A stretch of DNA of 64,000 bases from an uncultured bacterium. Its GTDB lineage: Bacteria > Patescibacteriota > Minisyncoccia > UBA6257 > 2-01-FULL-56-20. The DNA is taken from NCBI GenBank assembly GCA_963705915.1, contig OY970126.1, positions 515,552-579,551 of the forward strand, in the 5' to 3' direction. A model generated the notes under the pieces. The model was given only the letters and a program-made list of their open reading frames with translations, ran no database searches and was not told where the DNA came from. Below, piece by piece: positions 31,864 to 42,933 of the stretch (positions within the stretch are counted from its first letter, which is position 1; each line of letters starts with the position of its first letter). Made by a program: the position numbers and the translations under genes.

Positions 31864-31936
31864 TGCCGACGGGAGGAGTCGAACCTCCGACCTAGCGCTT
31901 ATGAAACGCCCGCTCTAACCGCTGAGCTACGTCGGC
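31864..31936 (-). tRNA. tRNA-Met/Ile2-type (anticodon CAT), CCA not encoded
   Basis: Reverse complement folds as acceptor GCCGACG/CGTCGGC, D-arm GCTC-AGCGGTTA-GAGC, anticodon stem GGCGT/GCGCT with loop TTCATAA, T-arm GGAGG-TTCGACT-CCTCC, discriminator A. Confidence 0.7.
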
Positions 31937-31987
31937 AAATGCAAAATTACTATAGAGCAGATATCGCTTATTTTCAAACAAAAACAA

Positions 31988-32013
31988 TGATGTTGCGGGG
32001 GCAGGACTCGAAC
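31988..32013 (-). repeat. 26-bp tRNA-3'-end-like direct repeat, copy 1 (tgatgttgcgggggcaggactcgaac). Lacks a pairing T-stem partner, so it looks like a fragment.
   Basis: Identical to a 26-mer at 32247..32272. The reverse complement reads GTTCGAGTCCTGCCCCCGCAACATCA, a T-loop plus acceptor-3'-like sequence. Confidence 0.6.
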
Positions 32014-32034
32014 GTCGCTCGAGGACTCGCTCCC

Positions 32035-32106
32035 TCGGAACCCTCGGTTCCGAGCGGTTCGCATCGGAATGCGAACCCTCCAACACGGGGAACCTTGCGG
32101 TTCCCC
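32035..32106. repeat. Three consecutive perfect hairpins built on the GGTTC/GAACC motif (cggaacc-ctc-ggttccg; ggttcgcat-cgg-atgcgaacc; ggggaacc-ttgc-ggttcccc)
   Basis: Read directly from the sequence. Stems of 7 to 9 bp with 3 to 4 nt loops. Located between the two tRNA-like direct repeats. Confidence 0.55.
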
Positions 32107-32142
32107 GACCCCCTCCCTCGTTCTCGTCCTTGCCCAAGAAGT

Positions 32143-32245
32143 TTTTCTTTTTACCCTGAAAGGGTATGCCGGACGCGCGCAGGCGCGGAGGCGTAGGCCG
32201 CTTTCAGTAGAAAGCGAGCCGACCCTTTCAGGGTAAAAAGAAAAA
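32143..32245. repeat. Hairpin-flanked element E (23-bp perfect closing IR ttttctttttaccctgaaagggt/accctttcagggtaaaaagaaaa). Divergent relative of copies A-D.
   Basis: Internal cgcggaggcg... and a hairpin gctttc-agta-gaaagc with the AGTA loop. The hairpin-1 equivalent is degenerate. Confidence 0.45.
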
Positions 32246-32246
32246 C

Positions 32247-32272
32247 TGATGTTGCGGGGGCAGGACTCGAAC
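32247..32272 (-). repeat. 26-bp tRNA-3'-end-like direct repeat, copy 2. Here it is followed upstream by a T-stem partner and a CAT-containing anticodon-like hairpin, so it may be the 3' end of a noncanonical tRNA or tRNA-like RNA spanning roughly 32249..32325.
   Basis: The reverse complement of 32249..32325 has GCAGG-TTCGAGT-CCTGC and GGAGC-CCCATAA-GCTCC. I could not pair a canonical 7-bp acceptor stem. A TATAAT box lies upstream at 32362..32367 on the minus strand. Confidence 0.4.
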
Positions 32273-32418
32273 CTGCTTCGGGAGCTTATGGGGCTCCCCG
32301 GAAAACCTTTCCCAACCCTCCCGCGATGAGTGCTCGATTTCGCGCTTTGCACGTCCTGAGATTATACCGATTTCTATGAGCGATTGTCAAAACAATTCGT
32401 TAGTGACATTATCTAGAA

Positions 32419-33777
32419 ATGACTCCGGAAGATATTAAAAAACGCTATGGCGGTAAGAAAATAACGCTGATGGGACTCGGCCTTCTCGGGCGCGGCGTTC
32501 ACGATGCTGAATTCTTTGCTGAAGCCGGTGCCGAGCTCATCGTGACCGATCTTAAAAGCGCGACCGAACTCGCACCTTCGCTCGAGCGCCTTAAAAAATA
32601 TTCGCATATCACCTATCGGCTCGGTGAGCATAAGCTTGAAGATTTTGAACATTGCGATCTCGTGATTCGCGCGCCAAATGCGCCGCTTGACTCACCATTC
32701 CTCGCCCGTGCCCGCGAACACAACATTCCTGTTGAGATGGACGCATCGCTTTTTGCCAAACTCACCGATGCGACGATCGTCGGCGTGACGGGCACCCGGG
32801 GCAAATCGACGGTCACACAGATGATCTATGAAATCCTCCGTGCGGCCGGGAAAACCGCTTATCTCGGCGGCAACGTCCGCGATGTGGCCACGCTCCCCCT
32901 CGTATATAAGACGAAGCCGGGGGACATTGTCATTTTAGAACTCGATTCGTGGCAACTCCAAGGATTTGAGGAAGATCGCATAAGCCCCCACGTTTCTGTT
33001 TGGACAAACTTCATGCCCGACCATATGAATTATTATCACGGCGATATGGCTCGGTATTTCCAAGACAAAGCCGCTATCGCACGCTTCCAAAAGCCGGAGG
33101 ATTATTTCATCACAACGCCAGACATTAAAAAAACATTAGAAGAACGGTTCGGCATGCTCCATGGAACCTGCATTACGGACGTTGTCCTGCCGGAAGATTG
33201 GGAGATTGGCGTCCCCGGCGATCACAATCGTACGAACGCTGCTTTTGCACGGACGGCAGCGCTCTCCCTCGGCATTGTCGATGAGATTATCAAAAACTCA
33301 TTACAAGTTTTTCACGGCCTGCCTGGACGCCTTGAACTCCTCGGCGAAAAGCATGGCATAGCATTCTACAACGATTCGAACGCCACAACGCCCGAAGCCA
33401 CGATAGCCGCGCTTGAAGCGCTCATGTCTACGCATCGTCCGATCATCCTTATCGCTGGCGGCAGTGATAAAGAATTGGACTACACAAAGCTTATTCCAGC
33501 CATCGAACACACCGTTAAGAAATTGATCGTATTCAAGGGTACCGGAACAGAAAAAATGGCGAACCTTTTTTCGGCATCATTCGCTCAAAAAAACTTTCCG
33601 GGCGGTGACCCGCTCAAAGCAGCAGCACAAACCATGGACGAGGCCGTGAAAAAAGCGCTTGCCGTTGCAGAGCCGAACGACATCATTCTCTTATCCCCCG
33701 CCGCCACAAGCTTTGGCATCTTCAAAAACGAGTATGACCGAAGCGATCAGTTCCGGGCTTGTTTTGCAAAGCTGTAA
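32419..33777 (+). CDS. murD: UDP-N-acetylmuramoyl-L-alanine--D-glutamate ligase
   Basis: N-terminal Rossmann GLGLLGRG, ATP-binding VTGTRGKST, and the Mur ligase central and C-terminal domains. Confidence 0.85.
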   Translation: MTPEDIKKRYGGKKITLMGLGLLGRGVHDAEFFAEAGAELIVTDLKSATELAPSLERLKKYSHITYRLGEHKLEDFEHCDLVIRAPNAPLDSPFLARAREHNIPVEMDASLFAKLTDATIVGVTGTRGKSTVTQMIYEILRAAGKTAYLGGNVRDVATLPLVYKTKPGDIVILELDSWQLQGFEEDRISPHVSVWTNFMPDHMNYYHGDMARYFQDKAAIARFQKPEDYFITTPDIKKTLEERFGMLHGTCITDVVLPEDWEIGVPGDHNRTNAAFARTAALSLGIVDEIIKNSLQVFHGLPGRLELLGEKHGIAFYNDSNATTPEATIAALEALMSTHRPIILIAGGSDKELDYTKLIPAIEHTVKKLIVFKGTGTEKMANLFSASFAQKNFPGGDPLKAAAQTMDEAVKKALAVAEPNDIILLSPAATSFGIFKNEYDRSDQFRACFAKL

Positions 33778-33850
33778 TAAAAAGCCGGAGAGCGATTTCT
33801 GCCACGGCGCGAAATTGAAAAAACAGCCGAAAAACGCTACTATTCGGTAT

Positions 33851-34144
33851 ATGTCTTCTGTTATCAACAAGCACGAGCTCGAACATCTCGCAAAGCTCGC
33901 CCGGATTGAACTTGACCCGAACGAAGAAGAAAAGCTCCTTAAAGATTTGGGAAATATTTTGGAGCACTTCAAAGAACTCCAAGCGATTGATACCACAAAC
34001 ATCGAACCGATGGCTGGCGGCACCGATCTAAAAAATAGTTTTCGCGACGATACTGAACGCGAAAATACCAATCGCGGCGCAGGCGTCGACGTCTTCCCCG
34101 AAAAACAAAATGGTTTTTTGAAAGTGCCACCGGTTTTTGAATAG
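33851..34144 (+). CDS. gatC: Asp/Glu-tRNA amidotransferase subunit C (start moved to MSSVINK within the track ORF 33659..34144)
   Basis: KHELEHLAKLARIELDPNEEEKLLKDLGNILEHFKELQAIDT is a typical GatC. It lies immediately upstream of gatA. Confidence 0.8.
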   Translation: MSSVINKHELEHLAKLARIELDPNEEEKLLKDLGNILEHFKELQAIDTTNIEPMAGGTDLKNSFRDDTERENTNRGAGVDVFPEKQNGFLKVPPVFE

Positions 34145-34158
34145 CGCCGAAATCACTC

Positions 34159-35649
34159 ATGGAACTCCTCCGCGATCTCACCATAAAAAAATTCAGCGAC
34201 GGTTTGCGCGACAAAAAATTTTCCGCACTCGAGATCACCCAAGCGTCGCTTGAACACATCAAAAAAGAAAATCCTGAGATTAATGCGTTCTTGAGCACGG
34301 CAGAAGAGCAGGCGGTCCAACAAGCCGAAGATGTGGACATCTCCATTGCAAAAGACGACGAACTCCCAACGCTCGCGGGCGTTCCCCTCGCCATCAAAGA
34401 TTGCATCCTCATTAAAGATTTGCCCGCTACCGCGGCATCGAAAATCCTCGAAACCTATGCGGCGAGCTACGATGCGGGCGTCATCCAAAGATTAAAAAAA
34501 GATAAAGCGGTGTTTCTCGGCAAAACCAACCTGGATGAATTTGCCATGGGATCGTCAACCGAAAACTCAGCGTTCGGCGTCGTCAAAAATCCTCATGACA
34601 CAACGCGCGTTGCCGGCGGCTCATCTGGCGGATCGGCGGCGGCCGTTGCGGCACATATGGCGCTCGGCGGCCTCGGCACGGACACCGGCGGCTCAATCCG
34701 CTTGCCATCGAGCTTTTGCGGCGTGGTCGGCATGAGCCCGACGTATGGGGCGGTTTCCCGTTCGGGCGTCATCGCCATGGCATCAAGCCTTGACCAAGTT
34801 GGGCCAATCGCAAAAACCGTTGAAGACGCGGCGATTATCTTTAATACTATCCGCGGTAGCGACCCGCTCGATGCAACAAGCGCAGAAGACAACCGTCCGG
34901 AATATAAAGAAAAAGAATTGCTCGAGCCGGAACTCGCAACGGTAAAATCGCTCACCGTCGGTTTGCCGGAAGAATATTTTATCGACGGCCTCGAACCGGA
35001 AGTGAAAAAAGAGATCGATGCGACGATCGAGAAACTGACATCGCTCGGCATGACATTCAAAAAAATATCATTGCCGCATACAAAGTATGCGCTCTCGGTC
35101 TACTACATTATTGTCCCAGCGGAAGTGAGCTCGAATCTCGCGCGCTATGACGGGGTACGCTATTCGCGGCCAGTAGTATTTTCAAGCGGCGAGACAACAG
35201 GCGACGCACAAGGGCAAAACCTCACCGATCTCTACGTTAAAACCCGGGGCGCCGGCTTTGGCGCAGAATCAAAACGTAGGATCATCCTCGGAACATTCGT
35301 ATTGTCATCGGGCTACTATGATGCCTATTACGAAAAAGCCCAGCGCGTGCGCACCATCATCAAGCAAGAATTCGACTCGGCATTTAAAGAGGTGGATGTG
35401 ATGCTTGCCCCGGTCGCGCCAATGCGAGCATTCAAAATCGGCGAACGCGCGGACGACCCCCTTGCCATGTACCTCGCCGATGTTTTTTCCATCCCCCCGA
35501 AACTCGGCGGGTTCCCGGCTATTTCCATCCCTACAAAACCGGCGTCATCGCTCGCGCCGAAAGAATTGCCGGTTGGGTTCCAGCTCATCGGCCGCAAATG
35601 GCGCGAAGCCGACATCTTGGGCATTGGCCAATGGTATGAGAAGATATAA
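34159..35649 (+). CDS. gatA: Glutamyl-tRNA(Gln) amidotransferase subunit A
   Basis: Amidase signature GGSSGGSAAAVAA and the Ser-cisSer-Lys region KDCILIKDLPATAASKIL. Confidence 0.92.
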   Translation: MELLRDLTIKKFSDGLRDKKFSALEITQASLEHIKKENPEINAFLSTAEEQAVQQAEDVDISIAKDDELPTLAGVPLAIKDCILIKDLPATAASKILETYAASYDAGVIQRLKKDKAVFLGKTNLDEFAMGSSTENSAFGVVKNPHDTTRVAGGSSGGSAAAVAAHMALGGLGTDTGGSIRLPSSFCGVVGMSPTYGAVSRSGVIAMASSLDQVGPIAKTVEDAAIIFNTIRGSDPLDATSAEDNRPEYKEKELLEPELATVKSLTVGLPEEYFIDGLEPEVKKEIDATIEKLTSLGMTFKKISLPHTKYALSVYYIIVPAEVSSNLARYDGVRYSRPVVFSSGETTGDAQGQNLTDLYVKTRGAGFGAESKRRIILGTFVLSSGYYDAYYEKAQRVRTIIKQEFDSAFKEVDVMLAPVAPMRAFKIGERADDPLAMYLADVFSIPPKLGGFPAISIPTKPASSLAPKELPVGFQLIGRKWREADILGIGQWYEKI

Positions 35650-35657
35650 CTAAGGAA

Positions 35658-36227
35658 ATGCCGACGTCATCCACCGCCACGAGTTCGCTGCAAGCCATTG
35701 CTTCGGCAACCGTTGCCTCGGCAAAAGCGGCGGGCCAGACATTTTTGAGCGTCTATTTTGCCAATGTCACGTGGCTCCAAATTTTAAGCGTGCTCATTTC
35801 GTCGCTGCTTTTTGCGCTCATCATTTATATCGGCGTAAAAACCAATTATTTCGGCATCCGTATCGACCGCGTGCGGGATATCATTTTGAAAAGCGACTTA
35901 TCGCGGGAGCTTGCACAACGCACCTGGGAGCGCATCGAAATGCATTTTTATAAAGGAAGCGAAAACGATATGAAAGTGGCAATTCTCGAAGCCGACAAGA
36001 TTTTGAACGAAGCCCTGCGCGCTGCAGGCATGCCCGGCATCCAACTGGGCGATCGCCTCAAGCGGGCAAAGACAAGCCAGATACCGAATCTCGACGAACT
36101 CTGGCAAGCCCATAAGCTCCGCAACCAGATCGCTCACGAACCTGACTTTACATTAAAACGGGACCTCGCCGAGCGGGCCCTCGATATTTATCACACGGCG
36201 CTCAAAAACTTAGGCGTCCTCGATTAA
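35658..36227 (+). CDS. Hypothetical membrane protein (189 aa)
   Basis: ORF with one TM helix (ILSVLISSLLFALIIYIGV). No known domain. Confidence 0.5.
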   Translation: MPTSSTATSSLQAIASATVASAKAAGQTFLSVYFANVTWLQILSVLISSLLFALIIYIGVKTNYFGIRIDRVRDIILKSDLSRELAQRTWERIEMHFYKGSENDMKVAILEADKILNEALRAAGMPGIQLGDRLKRAKTSQIPNLDELWQAHKLRNQIAHEPDFTLKRDLAERALDIYHTALKNLGVLD

Positions 36228-36236
36228 AAACAATGA

Positions 36237-37208
36237 CTAGAGCGACGTTCCGTTCACGCTCGTGAGCGTCATCGAATCAGATCCCGGAACAAACGTTCCA
36301 CCAAGTTGTGTTGAACTGCCAACATACGGTTGAAGCGCAGTGCCCACCCCTGCAGCTTTTGAATTCCCAATGAAAATCTTTCCGCCATAGGTGCCCACGA
36401 CAAAATAATTCTTTGCGGTGTTCACGTTCACAACGCCCGTTATGGAGATCGGCGTTGCCGTGGCCGTTGTGCCGGCCGGCACCGCATAGAACGAAAGCTC
36501 AGTCATAAGTTCCTGGTTGGATGCCATGAGCGCCGTGGTACTCGCGGCGAGCGCGGTGCTTGAGGCCGTGAGCGCATTCACTTGGCTTGTGAGCGAAGCA
36601 ACTTGCGAGGTGACGCTTGAACTCTGTCCCGAGAGCGAACTGATCTGGCCGCTCAGCGAATTGTTTTGCATATACAGATATCCGGAAAGACCGAGAAGGA
36701 CGAGGATGACAACTCCCCCAATGATGCTCATTGTCATGCCTTTCTTCGAACTGGATCCGGTCGGCATTGAGGTCATAGTTGTGGCCATTTTGGCCGGAGC
36801 CGCGGCGTCTTTCTTTTGAGCAACGCCCATCGTGGACATTGGGCCATCGGAAGCAGAGACAAGATCGCTCATCCTGATCACTTGCGGACCAGGACCGGAG
36901 TTCATCGGCGAGCTTTGCACTGCGGGCCTTGCCGCTGCAGGCGATGCCATGGCGTTTGTGGACGCCGGAAACGCCGACGCGGCTTTCGTGGTTGGTCCTG
37001 CAACGGTCACCGTGGGCTGCGCAGTAACAGCAGCCGGTTTAAAACCGGTAGCAGCAACTGCAGGCGCAGATCCTTCAAATTTTTTGAAGCTGTCCTCCAC
37101 ATCGGCCGCTTGCCATCCAACGCCGAGCAGTGCCGATTTTATCGTTTCCTTGGAGGCACCTGCTTTGACTTGTGCTGATATGTAGTCAACGAGTTGATCT
37201 TGTACCAT
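36237..37208 (-). CDS. Hypothetical membrane-anchored protein with coiled/low-complexity Ser/Thr-rich region (323 aa)
   Basis: ORF with a central TM helix (MSIIGGVVILVLLGLSGYLY) and an SLSGQ repeat region. Confidence 0.5.
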   Translation of the reverse strand: MVQDQLVDYISAQVKAGASKETIKSALLGVGWQAADVEDSFKKFEGSAPAVAATGFKPAAVTAQPTVTVAGPTTKAASAFPASTNAMASPAAARPAVQSSPMNSGPGPQVIRMSDLVSASDGPMSTMGVAQKKDAAAPAKMATTMTSMPTGSSSKKGMTMSIIGGVVILVLLGLSGYLYMQNNSLSGQISSLSGQSSSVTSQVASLTSQVNALTASSTALAASTTALMASNQELMTELSFYAVPAGTTATATPISITGVVNVNTAKNYFVVGTYGGKIFIGNSKAAGVGTALQPYVGSSTQLGGTFVPGSDSMTLTSVNGTSL

Positions 37209-37247
37209 GTTCCCTAATGGTTGATATTATTTTTATTATACACTATC

Positions 37248-38090
37248 TCAAATTCGCTGGTAAGGATATGGACTGTACGGGCTGTAATCGCGGGCCCGAC
37301 GGACCCAGGTTCCTGAAATTGATCCGACCAAGAGGCCGAGTGAAACCAAAATAACGAATATCACGGCAACAATTTGAGCAATCACGATGAACGTTTTGCC
37401 GTTTGTTGCGTGTCCACCATGCACATGCGGCTTGAGCTCAATCATGTTGCGATACATGGAATAATAATACGCCACGGAAAACGGCGTTATAAAGAGAATA
37501 CTGAGCGCCGAGACAATTCCCCTGCCAATCATGCCACCAACGAGCACAAAGGGAATACTCACAATCGCATAGACAATGAGGATGCTCACAACCAGAAGCA
37601 CTACGCGCCCAAAAATTGCCCACCAATAACCGCGCGAATACTCACGACTCTGCGTGAGCGCTCCGAGTCCACGCTTTCCTTCGAGGATCACGGCAAAATT
37701 TGCAAAGATGAGCGCTATCGCAAGCCAAATGCCGGGGATGATAAGCATGACAGACGCACCAAGCACGGCGAAGATGAGCAAGATCGTGAGCCAGAGGAGC
37801 GATGAAAAGAGCCGCCCTCCCGCCTGATACGATTCGTTGAAGTCAGTTTTATGATGAAAAGAATAGACGAGAGCGGCACTGCTCACGATTGAAAAAAGCA
37901 CGCCGATGATCGAAATGATTACCCCCGCAATCGCAACCGGATAGCCGAAGGCTTGAAATATAGTCCCCAAGCCGAGCAAGAGCATCGGCGGCACCATGAT
38001 TTGCGTCGCCGTCTCAAAATGATCGGCATACGCCTTCCAGGCGTCTTGCCAAAGTTTTCCAACCGGATGCATCCGCAAAGTTCCTTCCAT
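37248..38090 (-). CDS. Polytopic membrane protein, hypothetical (280 aa)
   Basis: Multiple predicted TM helices. No motif recognised. Confidence 0.5.
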   Translation of the reverse strand: MEGTLRMHPVGKLWQDAWKAYADHFETATQIMVPPMLLLGLGTIFQAFGYPVAIAGVIISIIGVLFSIVSSAALVYSFHHKTDFNESYQAGGRLFSSLLWLTILLIFAVLGASVMLIIPGIWLAIALIFANFAVILEGKRGLGALTQSREYSRGYWWAIFGRVVLLVVSILIVYAIVSIPFVLVGGMIGRGIVSALSILFITPFSVAYYYSMYRNMIELKPHVHGGHATNGKTFIVIAQIVAVIFVILVSLGLLVGSISGTWVRRARDYSPYSPYPYQRI

Positions 38091-38106
38091 AGTTTAAGTA
38101 TAACAA

Positions 38107-38183
38107 ATGGCGGGCCGGACGGGATTTGAACCCGCGATCTTTCCCGTGACAGGGGAACGTGTTGCCAGGCTACACCACCGGCC
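38107..38183 (-). tRNA. tRNA-Asp (anticodon GTC), CCA encoded
   Basis: Reverse complement: acceptor GGGCCGG/CCGGCCC, D-arm GTGT-AGCCTGGCA-ACAC, anticodon stem TTCCC/GGGAA with loop CTGTCAC, T-arm GCGGG-TTCAAAT-CCCGT, discriminator G, CCA. Confidence 0.8.
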
Positions 38184-38219
38184 CATGCTGAAAAATTGTA
38201 TACTTCCGGTTGGTATAAA

Positions 38220-40367
<2,148 letters not shown>

Positions 40368-40415
40368 TTACTACAATATAGTCGAATACGGTTTTGCAGG
40401 CGAGCCGCGATGTGC

Positions 40416-40847
40416 CTAGGGGAATATGGTGCTCGTCGAAAGAATCTGTTCATAAAACGCGCGCGAACTGCTTTCTGATGTCCCCCGCGAGACGATGTAG
40501 GTCACGCTCGAGTTGTTGTAACACGCCGTCGTGCTGTTATTCGCGTCGTAGCACGTCACCGTCACCGTGGCACCGCTCCCCGAAAAAGGCCCCATCACCG
40601 GTGCGCTCGTGCAGCGCGGAATGGGATTCTGGGTGGATGTTGTTGCGCAGTAATAATTAAAAAGGCCGAAATCGGCGCCGGCGTCGGCGGCAAAAATCGC
40701 TTTCGCCGAATTCAGCGAATCCGTGCTCGATCGGATTTGGTAGAGGATGAGAAAACCCGCAATCGCCGTCGCGGCGATCATGGCGCCGCCAAGGGCGAGG
40801 ATTGCGATGAGCATGGCCTGTCCGGAACGTTCCCCTTCGATTGGCAT
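40416..40847 (-). CDS. Hypothetical membrane-anchored protein, weakly pilin-like N-terminus (143 aa)
   Basis: N-terminus ...SGQAMLIAILALGGAMIAATAIAGF is hydrophobic but lacks the canonical Glu at +5, so a pilin call is uncertain. Confidence 0.4.
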   Translation of the reverse strand: MPIEGERSGQAMLIAILALGGAMIAATAIAGFLILYQIRSSTDSLNSAKAIFAADAGADFGLFNYYCATTSTQNPIPRCTSAPVMGPFSGSGATVTVTCYDANNSTTACYNNSSVTYIVSRGTSESSSRAFYEQILSTSTIFP

Positions 40848-40909
40848 AGGTTCATTATATCATCCGCCGGAAAACGGACCGCCGGGAGGTAACCCCTCTC
40901 AGATAAAAG

Positions 40910-40942
40910 AACGCCCTATCGAGATTACCTCGACAGGGCGTT
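40910..40942 (-). terminator. Hairpin (aacgccct ... agggcgtt, 8-bp stem with 17-nt loop) just downstream of ORF 40945..42807
   Basis: Inverted repeat read from the sequence. Weak T-run. Confidence 0.35.
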
Positions 40943-40944
40943 GA

Positions 40945-42807
40945 TTATTGATTTGGAACGGTTACGAATTGGTCACGGTTGGCGCAGTAGACCGAAAGGC
41001 CGTCTGCGGAAACCGCGAGTCCACCGCCACGCATGGCAGATGGGCACGTATTCGTGAGTGGCGTGACGACGCCGGCAGAAGACACGCTTTCGAATCGCAT
41101 AAGTTGGTTTGCGTAGTCATCGTAGGCTACGATCACCGCACCATGCGTTTCGTCGGCCGCGATGCGAAAAGCATTCGCGGGCAATATGACCGGCGTGCCC
41201 CAGGTGAGGGCATTCCCGTCAAAAAACGTGAGGCGTTGCGAAACGCTGTTATCGGCGTTCAGCACGGTGTCGAACACCGCTCCACCGCAGGAAGACTGGA
41301 ACGCGGCCGCGTACCAATTGCCTGCAAACGGATCCACCGAGTGTAATGTGGATGCCGGCGTGAAGCCTGGCAAAGGAGTGCTTGTGCCAACGAGAGACAC
41401 GTGCGCGTTCCCGCTGCCATCAAGACTCACACTGCCGTCGTAGAGTATCCCACTCGCCCGATCGTAGGGAAGGACATTCGTCCCACCACAGGCGGGAGTC
41501 ATTGCCAAAGGCCATGGATCGGTGCCAGCCGGAAGCGAAGCGACCGTCGGGCTTACCTGTTGCATGTTCACACACTGGAGACCAACGGTTGACGTAATAC
41601 AGAGGAGTCGATTGGCCGCAGCAACATCCTTTGTGCCTATCCCCTGGCTGTTGTCGGAAAAGCCACCCAGTTGACTGCCGTTCTCATCGGTCCAGAGTAC
41701 GTTCCCGTAATAGAAAAGCATACCAAGGTCCTCTGAAGCGGGATCAACGGTCAAAACCGGCGATCCACCAAACTGGAGCGGGGCCTCTTGTGAACCATTC
41801 GACAGATCGAAGGAGTCAACAGCGCCGATCGCATCGATGAACATGTTAGTTGCCGACGCGGCCGCCGGGTTGAAGTTTCCAAAAAAGACAAGCTGACTGT
41901 TGGCCGAAGGCGTTGAGCATTCGCTCTTGCCGTCGGCAGAACAAACCTGAATGGAAAACGTCCCAGGCGACCAATGCCCCGGATCGATGCTGAGTGAAAA
42001 TGAGATCAGATTTGGATTATTCGACCCATTGGTAGTGCAGCCGAATATCGGAGTGATACAAACCTGATCGCCAGCAGCAAATCCGTTGCCCTGGATATCC
42101 AACCCACCAACGATACCTGGCGAGTCGAGCGAAAAGTGATTCGGCGAAATGCCGGTCACGGTGATCGGATTCGGCGTGACCGTGACGGAAGCGGAAGCTT
42201 GCTTCGAACCGTCGAGCGTCGACACCGTAATCGTCATCGCAGTCTGTTTCGAAACGAGCGGTGCCGTGAAAAGACCACTCTCGTCGAATGACCCCCCGAT
42301 GTTCGAGGGCATGAGCGCCCATGTGAATCCGGTGGTCCCGGTGACGCTCACGGTGAATTGTTTTGTTCCCCCGCCGACAACGGTTGCTGTCGTGGGCGTT
42401 ATCGAGATGCCAATCGGCGGTTGCTGAGCCGTGATCACGATCGTAGTCGATGCCGACTTTGTCGTGTCGTCGGTTGACGTAGCGGTTACCGTTGCCGTTC
42501 CGGCTGCGGTGCCCGTTACGAGGCCGTTTGCAGTTACCGTGCCGAGGTTCGCCGGTGAAAGCGACCACGTCACGGTACCTTTGCATCCCGACCCACTGAC
42601 GTTCGGCTTGGCGCTGCACTGCGACGTGCCACCGACGAGAATGCTCGCCGGGTCGCACGTTGGCGTGGAAACGCTCGACACTTGGCACGAAGGCGGAGGA
42701 GGATTTTGTCCTCCTGTTCCACTCGTAGGTGAACTCACACTACCGCCACCGCAGCCAACCATGACCGCGACAGCAAAAATAGTCGCGAACAACCATGTAT
42801 GCTTCAC
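40945..42807 (-). CDS. Surface lipoprotein with repeated Ig-like (Big_2-type) domains
   Basis: Lipobox VMVGC after the signal peptide. Thr/Gly-rich Ig-like repeats (GTATVTATSTDDTTKSASTTIVI, TITVSTLDGSKQASASVTV). Confidence 0.6.
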   Translation of the reverse strand: MKHTWLFATIFAVAVMVGCGGGSVSSPTSGTGGQNPPPPSCQVSSVSTPTCDPASILVGGTSQCSAKPNVSGSGCKGTVTWSLSPANLGTVTANGLVTGTAAGTATVTATSTDDTTKSASTTIVITAQQPPIGISITPTTATVVGGGTKQFTVSVTGTTGFTWALMPSNIGGSFDESGLFTAPLVSKQTAMTITVSTLDGSKQASASVTVTPNPITVTGISPNHFSLDSPGIVGGLDIQGNGFAAGDQVCITPIFGCTTNGSNNPNLISFSLSIDPGHWSPGTFSIQVCSADGKSECSTPSANSQLVFFGNFNPAAASATNMFIDAIGAVDSFDLSNGSQEAPLQFGGSPVLTVDPASEDLGMLFYYGNVLWTDENGSQLGGFSDNSQGIGTKDVAAANRLLCITSTVGLQCVNMQQVSPTVASLPAGTDPWPLAMTPACGGTNVLPYDRASGILYDGSVSLDGSGNAHVSLVGTSTPLPGFTPASTLHSVDPFAGNWYAAAFQSSCGGAVFDTVLNADNSVSQRLTFFDGNALTWGTPVILPANAFRIAADETHGAVIVAYDDYANQLMRFESVSSAGVVTPLTNTCPSAMRGGGLAVSADGLSVYCANRDQFVTVPNQ

Positions 42808-42933
42808 GTTGAATCTCCTTTTATTTCAATGTTTGCAGGTAATTCTTAGGTTAGCCTGCGGCTTACTGCTCAGGACATTATATGTAATTTTCGGGGAAAT
42901 GTAAATCCCGGGCGCACTGCCCGGGATTATTGC

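Noticed and set aside
32249-32325. Calling a second tRNA-Met (CAT) here
   Set aside because: The T-arm and an anticodon-like hairpin exist, but I could not pair a 7-bp acceptor stem or a plausible D-arm. It is reported as a finding instead of a feature.
31988-32335. tmRNA (ssrA) hypothesis for the tRNA-like-ended structured region
   Set aside because: There is no G3:U70 Ala-type acceptor pairing, the 3' T-arm of the proximal copy does not pair, and no tag-peptide reading frame with a resume codon was apparent.
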